NCBI GenBank assembly: GCA_016200915.1
Contig: JACQDV010000007.1
Coordinates: 15,273-79,272, forward strand
Length of the DNA: 64,000 bases
Direction of reading: 5' to 3'
Origin: Sphingobacteriales bacterium
GTDB lineage: Bacteria; Bacteroidota; Bacteroidia; Chitinophagales; Chitinophagaceae
How positions within the stretch are numbered: position 1 is the stretch's first letter; each line of letters opens with the position of its first letter. Made by a program: the position numbers and the translations under genes. The notes under the pieces were generated by a model, which saw nothing but the letters and a program-made list of their open reading frames with translations, was not told the origin of the DNA and made no database searches. This document shows positions 29,167 through 37,384 of this stretch, piece after piece.

Positions 29167-30234
29167 ATGGAAACACAACAGAAAATAATAAACAGCAACA
29201 GTGTATTTACAAACTCTTACTTAGACGGTAAAGCTTTGTACATGTACTGCTTTAACAGCATTCCTTGCATCAGTTTTATTAACCACATTAATGGGGAAAA
29301 AGCTTTTGAAGCAGTGAAAGAAAAGTATTCAACCATGATACAGTCTGTTCACAGCAGCCGTTATCATGAAAGAAAGAAAAAGAGGATGGAATTTGATGAA
29401 ACGGTTATTGTGCTGAACAATCAATGTGTACTGGAGTTTAATAGCCGCTATTGTGAGATTCTCCACAACTATTCATCCAATGAATTTGTGGAAGAGTTGA
29501 TTCAATTATTAAAAACGTTTAAGGAAAAACAACGCAGAAAACCATTGGAGATAAACCTGATTGTAAAGAGTGGCAGTTATATGGAGTTAAAAGCAATGGA
29601 AATAAAACGTACCAAGCTTGACCTGGATTTATATTATGAAGATGATTTTAAAGAAACAGATGAAATAATAAGAAAGCGCTTGAACCAGAAGAATGACAAA
29701 GGTATTGTTCTGCTGCATGGTTTACCGGGTACTGGCAAAACAACTTACCTGCGTTACCTCATTGGTAAAATCAACAAAAGGGTAATGTTTTTGTCGCCTA
29801 ATATCGCTGGTAGTTTGGTTGACCCTGAGTTCATTGATTTGATGGTGGATAATCCCAATAGTGTGGTGATCATTGAAGATGCGGAGAACATTATCATGGA
29901 CAGGCGCAGTAATTCTAATTCGGCAGTAAGTAACCTGCTGAATATTTCAGATGGATTGCTGGCCGACTTTCTGAATGTACAACTCATCTGCACCTTTAAT
30001 AATTCACTCACTTTAGTGGATAGTGCATTGATGCGTAAAGGACGACTGATTGCTAAATACGAGTTTGGTAAATTAAGCGTAATCAAAGCACAACGATTAA
30101 GCAATCATTTGAGAATGAACAACACCATCACCAAACCAATGACTATAGCAGAAATTGCCAATCCAGGAGAGAAAGAACATTACACAGGAAGAACTGAAAT
30201 TATTGGGTTTAAGCAACAGCTAATTGAAAATTAA
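29167..30234 (+). CDS. AAA family ATPase (single classic AAA module with ~190-aa N-terminal domain of unknown function)
   Basis: Walker A GLPGTGKT, Walker B VVIIEDAE, sensor-2 Arg region ALMRKGRL. Confidence 0.8.
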   Translation: METQQKIINSNSVFTNSYLDGKALYMYCFNSIPCISFINHINGEKAFEAVKEKYSTMIQSVHSSRYHERKKKRMEFDETVIVLNNQCVLEFNSRYCEILHNYSSNEFVEELIQLLKTFKEKQRRKPLEINLIVKSGSYMELKAMEIKRTKLDLDLYYEDDFKETDEIIRKRLNQKNDKGIVLLHGLPGTGKTTYLRYLIGKINKRVMFLSPNIAGSLVDPEFIDLMVDNPNSVVIIEDAENIIMDRRSNSNSAVSNLLNISDGLLADFLNVQLICTFNNSLTLVDSALMRKGRLIAKYEFGKLSVIKAQRLSNHLRMNNTITKPMTIAEIANPGEKEHYTGRTEIIGFKQQLIEN

Positions 30235-30274
30235 ATAACGCCCCTTTAGGGGAAGGGGTAAAACAACAAATGCA

Positions 30275-30787
30275 ATGGAACAGCAAAGGCGATGGCGCCG
30301 GTTAGATGGAACAAGGATTAAACAATCTATTGAAGACGAAGTGCGGCAGGTATTAATTCGGGAATTCAATGCCGGCATTCAACTGAAAGTTTGCATCGGA
30401 ACCGATAGCCAGGTAAAGGGAAAAGAAACAGAGTTTGCAACGGTAATTGTATTCATCCGTAAAGGGAAAGGTGGTTTCATGTACATACACAACGAAATCA
30501 CCAAACAAAAGATGAGCATTAAAGAACGGATGCTTACCGAGGTGGCAAAAAGTATTGAAGTAGCGTACGCACTATGTAACCTGTTCACTTTATATAATGT
30601 GGATATGGAAGTACATGCGGACATCAACACCAATCCCAATTTTAAAAGTAATGATGCACTCAAAGAAGCGATGGGCTACATTATGGGAATGCCTGCCTGG
30701 ATGACCAGGTCAGACAGGGGTTTTGCTTTCAAAGCCAAACCATTTGCCTTTGCCAGCTCCAGCTGTGCTAATAAAGTAGTGCAATAA
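30275..30787 (+). CDS. RNase H-like fold protein, YkuK/DUF458-like (putative nuclease)
   Basis: 170 aa; beta-strand motif KVCIGTDSQ reminiscent of an RNase H-like first catalytic Asp; family assignment from memory, not searched. Confidence 0.4.
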   Translation: MEQQRRWRRLDGTRIKQSIEDEVRQVLIREFNAGIQLKVCIGTDSQVKGKETEFATVIVFIRKGKGGFMYIHNEITKQKMSIKERMLTEVAKSIEVAYALCNLFTLYNVDMEVHADINTNPNFKSNDALKEAMGYIMGMPAWMTRSDRGFAFKAKPFAFASSSCANKVVQ

Positions 30788-30914
30788 GTTCTTTACAATA
30801 TTGTTGATGTGAGTATCAACGAAAAAAGGTATAGGCTATTGATGAATGTTTCAAAGCAACATAACGGTGCAGAAGTAGTAACTATCTGTATGCTGTTCAA
30901 TAGTACATATCACC

Positions 30915-30954
30915 AATTACGCTGTATGTCGAGGGTTCAACTCCCTTCCGGTGC
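30915..30954 (+). other. tRNA 3'-half fragment (T-arm gaggg-ttcaact-ccctt plus acceptor 3' strand)
   Basis: Seen in sequence; no matching 5' half upstream. Confidence 0.4.
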
Positions 30955-30957
30955 TTG

Positions 30958-31018
30958 TCACCGGTAGCTCAGTGGTAGAGCAACAGAAAATACGCAGGTT
31001 CGAATCCTGCTCTCGCCA
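30958..31018 (+). other. Anticodon-arm-less tRNA-like element (canonical D-arm gctc-agtggta-gagc and T-arm gcagg-ttcgaat-cctgc, ~10 nt between)
   Basis: Seen in sequence; acceptor strands do not pair. Confidence 0.4.
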
Positions 31019-31020
31019 AT

Positions 31021-31063
31021 GGCGGGATAGCCAAGTGGTCAAGGCAAAGCACAGTGGATGCTT
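31021..31063 (+). other. tRNA 5'-half fragment (class II-like D-arm ggcgggatagccaagtggtcaaggc plus anticodon stem-loop aagca-cagtgga-tgctt)
   Basis: Seen in sequence; no T-arm or acceptor 3' strand. Confidence 0.35.
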
Positions 31064-31393
31064 GATTCAACAGAAGCGCCTCACTTCTATAAAAAGGGGC
31101 ACCAAAAAATAAAGCCGGTACTATTTACTGACTTGCTCAGGCCTTCAGGCCTGAGAATAAAGTAACCAGGAAATTACCAGCAGGCTGTTGTAAGCGTAAT
31201 GAAGTTTATTTCACTTCATCAGTAATAGCGAATGATACAAGTATCATAGCAAGGTATTGAAGAACTGTTATCAACAATAGTACGCAGCACAGCTTCCGTA
31301 ATCAATGGTGGTTAATACTGCTGGCTTTATTAAAAAAAATGAATTAACAGCACATGCTGAAGTGTAAAAACTAAAAAAGATTTTATAACAACA

Positions 31394-31435
31394 GCCCTCG
31401 TTTCCTCTCCTCAAGGAGAGGGAACGAGGGTGAGG
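31394..31435. repeat. GC-rich palindromic element ccctcgttTCCTCTCCtcaaGGAGAGGgaacgagggtgaggc (intergenic, upstream of the SPFH gene)
   Basis: Extended imperfect palindrome, same flanks as the 24284 copy. Confidence 0.85.
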
Positions 31436-31451
31436 CAAAAAAACAAATAAC

Positions 31452-32549
31452 ATGCAATGTGTAAAAATTAATGCTTATCAAATTGCCCTCGTGTTTAAAC
31501 GTGGTGTATATCAGCGTATGCTCAAAGAAGGTAACTACTGGTTGTGGAATGAACAGGTGTATAGCTACGATGTAACCAAACCATTCGCAGCACCGGTAGA
31601 GTTAAACATCCTGTTGCAGGATGCTGAACTGGCCGAAGCATTGCAACTGGTAGAAGTAAAAGACAATGAAATTGTATTGCAGTACGAAAACGGTTTGTTC
31701 AAACAGGTACTCACTGCAGGTCGTTACACTTTCTGGAAGAGTGTGATTCAATACCAGTTCATCCGTGCAGATATAAGCAAGGTGGAAATTGATGAAGCCT
31801 TCGACCGCAGCGTATTGAGCAAAGCGGCTATGAGCAACTATGTACGCCAGTACGAAGTACAAAACTTTGAAAAGGCCGTATTGTTTGTAGATGGTAAGTT
31901 CACTAAAGTACTGGAACCGGGTGTTCATTACTGGTGGAAGAACAGCATTCCTGTTAACGTAGGTAAAGTGGATATGCGCCAGCAACAATTAGAAATTAAC
32001 GGACAGGAAATCCTTACTAAGGATAAAGCGGCTTTGCGTATCAACGCCTGGGCACAGTACAAGGTTGCCGATATTGAAAAAGCCCTGTTGCAAAACGCAG
32101 CGTACGATAAACAATTGTACGTGGCTTTTCAACTGGCACTGCGTGAATATGTGGCCGGCTACAGCTTTGATGAATTGCTGGAAAAGAAAGAGAGCATTGC
32201 TCCGTTCATTTTGCAGGCAGTTGCTGAAAAGGCCATGGCGTTGGGTGTGGCCGTAAATGGCTTTGGTATCCGTGATATCATTTTGCCGGGTGATGTAAAA
32301 GAGATCATGAACCAGGTATTGATTGCGGAGAAAAAAGCACAGGCCAATACCATTATGCGCCGTGAAGAAACTGCCAGCACCCGCAGTTTGCTCAACACTG
32401 CCAAACTGATGGAAGAAAACGCTATGCTGTGGAAACTGAAAGAGATGGAATACGTGGAAAAGATTGCCGACAAAATCAGCAATATCACTGTAAACGGTAA
32501 TGGTGCATTGGTGGAACAGTTGAAGCAGATCTTTGTGCCGCAGAAATAA
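31452..32549 (+). CDS. SPFH/band-7 (stomatin/HflC-like) domain protein with N-terminal extension
   Basis: SPFH core ..AWAQYKV..REYVAGYSFDELLEKKESIA.. and coiled-coil tail IAEKKAQANTIMRREETAS. Confidence 0.8.
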   Translation: MQCVKINAYQIALVFKRGVYQRMLKEGNYWLWNEQVYSYDVTKPFAAPVELNILLQDAELAEALQLVEVKDNEIVLQYENGLFKQVLTAGRYTFWKSVIQYQFIRADISKVEIDEAFDRSVLSKAAMSNYVRQYEVQNFEKAVLFVDGKFTKVLEPGVHYWWKNSIPVNVGKVDMRQQQLEINGQEILTKDKAALRINAWAQYKVADIEKALLQNAAYDKQLYVAFQLALREYVAGYSFDELLEKKESIAPFILQAVAEKAMALGVAVNGFGIRDIILPGDVKEIMNQVLIAEKKAQANTIMRREETASTRSLLNTAKLMEENAMLWKLKEMEYVEKIADKISNITVNGNGALVEQLKQIFVPQK

Positions 32550-32553
32550 AATC

Positions 32554-32590
32554 ACATCCGGTATCATTCCGGTGCCGGATGTTTTTATTT
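32554..32590 (+). terminator. Rho-independent terminator
   Basis: acatccgg...ccggatgt 8-bp stem followed by TTTTTATTT. Confidence 0.7.
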
Positions 32591-32687
32591 AGTAGGAAGA
32601 TATTTTGGAACTTAGCTATAGTGCTGCTATGTAGCTTCGGTTGCGTCGCACACTTTAAGGTTCGGTAACTTTACTGAGCAAAACTTT

Positions 32688-33350
32688 TTGAATCATATGA
32701 AAACAAAAAAAGAGAAATTAAAAGTTAATAGAGATAGATTTATTGAATCTGTTTATCATATTGTGTTTTATGGAAATACGGCGAGAAGTTTAAATGCATT
32801 GTTGTCAAGTGCAGGTGACAGAGTTGGTGAAGATGAAACAATGATACTTAGATATTCTATTCAATCTAATGTGATGTTAATGTTCGTTTCTTTTATGGAT
32901 GAGTTAAATAAATATCTTTTTGAATACAATGCAGAAGATATAGAAACTAAAGCTCGTGTTGACGCATTTAAAAAAATAATTGACCCTATCTTAAGTAAAA
33001 CCAATAATTGGACCGATTTGAGAAAATTTAGAAACAATGTCTTGGCACATAATTTCAGAATCGATTCAGATGGATATAAAAGCGTTCATCTTACTGGTAA
33101 GCTAAGTGAATATAATATACCAGAGAGCACAATTGACCTGGCAACTTTATTGAAGTATATTGACAGTATCTCTAAAATAACAGAACAAATTTTTCAAAAT
33201 GAATATAGTGAGGCTATTGCGCTTGTAAACAGGTTTAATAAATCACCAAAGAAAATTAATCAGTCGATTGAAAAAGAAACAAATGAGGTTAATAAAGTTT
33301 TGATAGAGGTGAACAAACGCATTAATGAATATAACAGAAGCATAGCGTAA
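32688..33350 (+). CDS. Hypothetical protein with HEPN-like Rx4H motif (LRKFRNNVLAHNF); AT-rich gene
   Basis: R-x4-H motif in a predicted helical protein; strong AT bias relative to neighbours. Confidence 0.4.
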   Translation: MNHMKTKKEKLKVNRDRFIESVYHIVFYGNTARSLNALLSSAGDRVGEDETMILRYSIQSNVMLMFVSFMDELNKYLFEYNAEDIETKARVDAFKKIIDPILSKTNNWTDLRKFRNNVLAHNFRIDSDGYKSVHLTGKLSEYNIPESTIDLATLLKYIDSISKITEQIFQNEYSEAIALVNRFNKSPKKINQSIEKETNEVNKVLIEVNKRINEYNRSIA

Positions 33351-33361
33351 AGAATTTTATC

Positions 33362-33416
33362 ATGAGCAAATTAAAATTAACAGGAAAACAAATAAGAGCC
33401 ATTGGTTATCCCGAGG
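33362..33416 (+). repeat. Orphan copy of the first ~55 bp of rtcB (atgagcaaattaaaatta[a/t]caggaaaacaaataagagccattggtta..); direct repeat with 34744-34798
   Basis: 52/55 identity to the rtcB start; encodes MSKLKLTGKQIRAIGYPEA then stop. Confidence 0.85.
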
Positions 33417-33441
33417 CTTAATAATTTAAAAAATAAAGACA

Positions 33442-33969
33442 ATGAGTTATATAGTAGTAGATGTAGAATCCGATGGCCCCATTCCATATAAATATTCAAT
33501 GGTGTGTTTTGGTGCCGTGGTTGTTGAGCCATCACTCAGTAAAACATTTTACGGAAGAATAAAACCTATTTCAACAGAGTGGATTCCTGAAGCTCTTGCA
33601 GTAAGTGGAATAACAAGAGAAGAGCATGAAACTTTTGATGAGCCGGGAATTGTGATGGAAGCATTTTCAAGATGGTTGTCTGAAAATTCAAGAGGCCGTC
33701 CAATTTTTATCAGCGACAATCCGGCATTTGACTGGCAATGGATAAACTGGTATTTCCATACTTATTTGGAAAAAAATCCATTTGGATTTTCTGCCAGACG
33801 TATTGGCGATTTATACTGCGGAATGAAAATGGATGCAGGATTAAATAATGAATGGAAAAAATTATTCAGAAAAACAAAACACGACCATAATCCGGTTAAT
33901 GATGCCATTGGAAATGCAGAAGCATTATTGGCTATGAAAGAAATGGGATTAAAATTTCCATCAACTTAA
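33442..33969 (+). CDS. DEDDh 3'-5' exonuclease domain protein (DnaQ/oligoribonuclease-like)
   Basis: Exo I VVDVESDG, Exo III H-x4-D (HNPVNDA); 175 aa. Confidence 0.75.
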   Translation: MSYIVVDVESDGPIPYKYSMVCFGAVVVEPSLSKTFYGRIKPISTEWIPEALAVSGITREEHETFDEPGIVMEAFSRWLSENSRGRPIFISDNPAFDWQWINWYFHTYLEKNPFGFSARRIGDLYCGMKMDAGLNNEWKKLFRKTKHDHNPVNDAIGNAEALLAMKEMGLKFPST

Positions 33970-33981
33970 ATTAAGTGGAAT

Positions 33982-34539
33982 TTACCACCCATCATCATTA
34001 AGCATGTTTTGTAATTCATCGTCATCAGGTTTAATATAGACGCCGGTAAGGATATGATAGGCTTCAATAAAATCATTGGCCAACGGGTTTTCACGGTGCA
34101 TGAGGAGTGCATTGAGTATATCAATACCTCCGGCACGGATGGAACCTTTTAGTTGCAGGTAGTTGCCATCATTAAAAATTTCAAACCAGTGATTGAACTT
34201 ATGAAAACGGGCTTTGTGACGATTGTCAATAGTGTCACATATGTAAATGACAGTATTTTCCTTTTCGTTTAAAAATGCTTTAACAATGTCCACAACAGTA
34301 ACGGCAATTTTTTTGTCTGGCGGAATTTTTTGCACACCTTCTGGTTTCTCTTTTAATTCCAGGTTAAAACCAAAAACGTTGGCGGCTAAAGCGGGGTAAT
34401 CAGAAAAGGCAGCTGAAAAATCAAAAAAATAACAATGGTAAACACAACCAATGCTGCTGGTGAAAGTATAAACTCTTTCGCTAATTTTTGATATCAGGTA
34501 ATGTTGCAAATTTGAAACCGGCTTTTTCAAGTTCTTCAA
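33982..34539 (-). CDS. Hypothetical protein
   Basis: 185-aa ORF; no recognisable motif; overlaps the next ORF by 59 bp, so start is uncertain. Confidence 0.4.
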   Translation of the reverse strand: MKNLKKPVSNLQHYLISKISERVYTFTSSIGCVYHCYFFDFSAAFSDYPALAANVFGFNLELKEKPEGVQKIPPDKKIAVTVVDIVKAFLNEKENTVIYICDTIDNRHKARFHKFNHWFEIFNDGNYLQLKGSIRAGGIDILNALLMHRENPLANDFIEAYHILTGVYIKPDDDELQNMLNDDGW

Positions 34540-34690
34540 AAGTTATACCGTGTTCACGGGCGGCAGTAAGATACTTGCTCATTTCAAGGGCAACGAGCAA
34601 TTTTTCTTTGCCCTTTGCCTCTTTGGCTTTTTGAGCAAAATATTCAGCAGTACGCTTTTCAAAACTGGTATTTTTTATGGGCTGTTTCAT
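34481..34690 (-). CDS. Hypothetical small basic protein
   Basis: 69-aa ORF, Lys/Glu-rich helical. Confidence 0.3.
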   Translation of the reverse strand: MKQPIKNTSFEKRTAEYFAQKAKEAKGKEKLLVALEMSKYLTAAREHGITFEELEKAGFKFATLPDIKN

Positions 34691-34743
34691 TAGCTATTGC
34701 AATTTACAAAAAATAAAAACCTTTGCCAACAGGCAATAATAGT

Positions 34744-36195
34744 ATGAGCAAATTAAAATTATCAGGAAAACAAATAAGAGCCATTGGTTACCCGGAAGGA
34801 CCGGTAGTGAGTGTGGCTATGCATGTAATGTGTACCAAATTCAAACATCATACAGAAACAGCAGCATTAGATATATTAAAACAAGTATTAAATGCCCCTG
34901 AAAATTATTTGAATGATGAAACACTCAAACAAATCGCAGAAAAATTGATGCCCGAGCCGGAGGCAGAAGGACAAACTATTTCCTTAAATCAAACCGGTAT
35001 TCAGTTTAATGTATTCGGACAGGAGCATATCGAAGAAGGCGCCATGCATCAAATGTACCAGGCAGCTAAATTACCCATCAGTGTGGCAGGAGCTTTAATG
35101 CCCGATGCACACAGTGGTTATGGTTTGCCTATTGGTGGTGTACTGGCAACAGAAAACTCTGTGATTCCTTATGGTGTGGGAGTAGATATTGGTTGTCGTA
35201 TGTGTTTGAGCATTTACGATATTGACCCAAAGGAACTCACACAAAGAGAAAACTTCTTTGCAAGAGAACTTGCTGAAGCTACTTTGTTTGGCAGCGGACA
35301 ACAATTTGACCAGGCATCTAATCATGAAGTAATGGAGAATGAATTATTCTTTCAGTTACCATTATTAAAAAACTTACATGGTCGTGCATGGAAACAATTG
35401 GGTTCTTCAGGAAGTGGTAATCACTTCGTGGAGTTTGGTGTAATTGAGATTGCAGAAAAAGATGCTGTACTAGGAGTAGAAGCAGGAAACTATGTTGGTT
35501 TGTTGAGTCACTCCGGTTCAAGAGCATTGGGTGCCAACATTGCCAATCACTATACAAAACTCGCCATCAGCAAAAGACGTTTGCCACAGGAAGCAAAAAA
35601 TTTGGCATGGTTAAGTTTGGATGAAGAAGAAGGAATTGAATACTGGAATGCAATGAACTTAGCTGGTGATTATGCTTCTGCCTGTCATCATGTGATACAT
35701 GAGAAAATTGCAAAGCAGTTGGGAAGAAAACCAATGACGATGGTGGAGAACCATCACAACTTTGCATGGAAGGAAACGTATGAAGGAAGAGAAGTAATTG
35801 TTCACCGTAAAGGAGCTACACCTGCAGGTAAAGATGTATTAGGAATTATTCCCGGTTCTATGACGGCACCCGGTTTTATTGTAAAAGGTAAAGGTGAAGT
35901 AGCTTCTGTTAATTCAGCTTCTCATGGAGCAGGAAGAAAGATGAGCAGAACAAGAGCAATGGAAAGTGTAACCGATAAACAATTCAAAGATGAATTGCAG
36001 AAACATGGAGTAAAGTTATTGGGCGGAGGAAAAGATGAATCACCATTTGCATATAAAGACATTGAAGTAGTAATGCAAAGTCAAAAAGCATTGGTGGAGG
36101 TAGTAGGTAAGTTTACTCCAAAGATTGTAAAGATGGACGGAGCACAACATAAGAGTTGGCGTAAGAAAAAAGAAGAAGAAGTGATGGGAGAGTAG
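34744..36195 (+). CDS. rtcB: RNA-splicing ligase RtcB (3'-phosphate/5'-hydroxyl nucleic acid ligase)
   Basis: RtcB metal-site motifs (DAHSGYG, GVGVDIGCRM, HSGSRALG, NHHNFA, HRKGAT). Start placed at MSKLKL (34744) because that sequence is duplicated at 33362; ORF track start is 34723. Confidence 0.9.
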   Translation: MSKLKLSGKQIRAIGYPEGPVVSVAMHVMCTKFKHHTETAALDILKQVLNAPENYLNDETLKQIAEKLMPEPEAEGQTISLNQTGIQFNVFGQEHIEEGAMHQMYQAAKLPISVAGALMPDAHSGYGLPIGGVLATENSVIPYGVGVDIGCRMCLSIYDIDPKELTQRENFFARELAEATLFGSGQQFDQASNHEVMENELFFQLPLLKNLHGRAWKQLGSSGSGNHFVEFGVIEIAEKDAVLGVEAGNYVGLLSHSGSRALGANIANHYTKLAISKRRLPQEAKNLAWLSLDEEEGIEYWNAMNLAGDYASACHHVIHEKIAKQLGRKPMTMVENHHNFAWKETYEGREVIVHRKGATPAGKDVLGIIPGSMTAPGFIVKGKGEVASVNSASHGAGRKMSRTRAMESVTDKQFKDELQKHGVKLLGGGKDESPFAYKDIEVVMQSQKALVEVVGKFTPKIVKMDGAQHKSWRKKKEEEVMGE

Positions 36196-36469
36196 TAAGT
36201 AATAGGCACACAAGATTTGTAAAGTTAATAGGATAAGCCCTGTCAACTTTTTTTATAATGAAAAGTTCACGCAAAAGCGCAGAGACGCAACGTAAATATT
36301 CTTTGCGCCTTTGCGTCGTTGCGAGAATAAATCAGCACAATAGTAATACCGAACGTACAAGTGAGTGACACAAGCGGCGATGCTATAAAAACCTGTTGCA
36401 GGTAACCAAAATTTCTTCAGTAATTAAATTAAGCTTCCCTTATCTTCGCTTTGAAAATTTCATTCCTCT

Positions 36470-37183
36470 ATGCTTCCTAAGTTTAAACGTGTTCTCTTAA
36501 AACTTTCCGGCGAATCTTTAATGGGTGATAACAATTTTGGCCTCGACCCGAAAGTGATTGAGCAATATGCCCACGAAATAAAACGTATTACCGATTTAGG
36601 TGTACAGGTGGCCGTGGTAATTGGTGGCGGTAATATTTATCGTGGTATGAATGAACATGAAACCGGTATTGAAAGAGCACAGGGAGATTATATGGGAATG
36701 CTGGCTACCGTTATTAATGGTATGGCTGTACAGAGTATGCTGGAAAAAATTGGTGTATATACCCGCCTGCAAAGTGCCATTAAGATGGAACAGGTTGCTG
36801 AACCATATATCCGTCGCCGTGCAGTTCGTCATTTAGAAAAAGGAAGAGTAGTGATATTTGGCGCCGGAACCGGTAACCCATATTTTACTACTGATACTGC
36901 CGGTTCATTAAGAGCGATTGAAGTAAATGCAGATGTAATATTAAAAGGTACAAGAGTGGATGGTATTTATAGTGCAGATCCTGAAAAAGATCCAACTGCT
37001 ACTAAGTTTGATAAAATAACTTACCAGGAATGTATTACTAAGAACCTGCGTGTAATGGATATGACAGCCTTTACTTTATGTATGGAAAATAAATTACCCA
37101 TTATTGTATTTGATATAAATAAACCAGGCAACTTATTAAAAGTGGTTACTGGCGAACGTGTGGGTACAACAGTAAGTATTTAA
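36470..37183 (+). CDS. pyrH: UMP kinase
   Basis: [12 protein letters not shown].., GGGNIYRG, amino-acid kinase family. Confidence 0.95.
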   Translation: MLPKFKRVLLKLSGESLMGDNNFGLDPKVIEQYAHEIKRITDLGVQVAVVIGGGNIYRGMNEHETGIERAQGDYMGMLATVINGMAVQSMLEKIGVYTRLQSAIKMEQVAEPYIRRRAVRHLEKGRVVIFGAGTGNPYFTTDTAGSLRAIEVNADVILKGTRVDGIYSADPEKDPTATKFDKITYQECITKNLRVMDMTAFTLCMENKLPIIVFDINKPGNLLKVVTGERVGTTVSI

Positions 37184-37208
37184 CTGATGTGTAACAACTT
37201 AATTTACA

Positions 37209-37237
37209 GGGTAACTCTTAGCAGTTACCTTTTTTAT
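37209..37237 (+). terminator. Rho-independent terminator after pyrH
   Basis: ggtaact-N7-agttacc followed by T7. Confidence 0.75.
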
Positions 37238-37384
37238 TTGTTATTATACAGTTTTTGTTGATAACAATATTGCAAGGGTTAAACTTATTATCTAAATTTA
37301 TGTCACACTCCAGCCACATCCTTCTCAAAAACCTCTGAATTCCAATTTCCCGGAAGCCATAATAAAGCACCTAAACAATTTATT

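Noticed and set aside
30239-30264. cccctttaggggaaggggtaaaac between the AAA and RNase H-like genes as a member of the palindromic element family
   Set aside because: Only a 5-bp stem and weak similarity to the consensus. Could simply be the intergenic RBS-less spacer; left as a possible relative only.
36196-36260. Possible terminator after rtcB (aagtt...aactt followed by T7)
   Set aside because: The stem is only 5 bp with an 18-nt loop, too weak to call despite the T-run.
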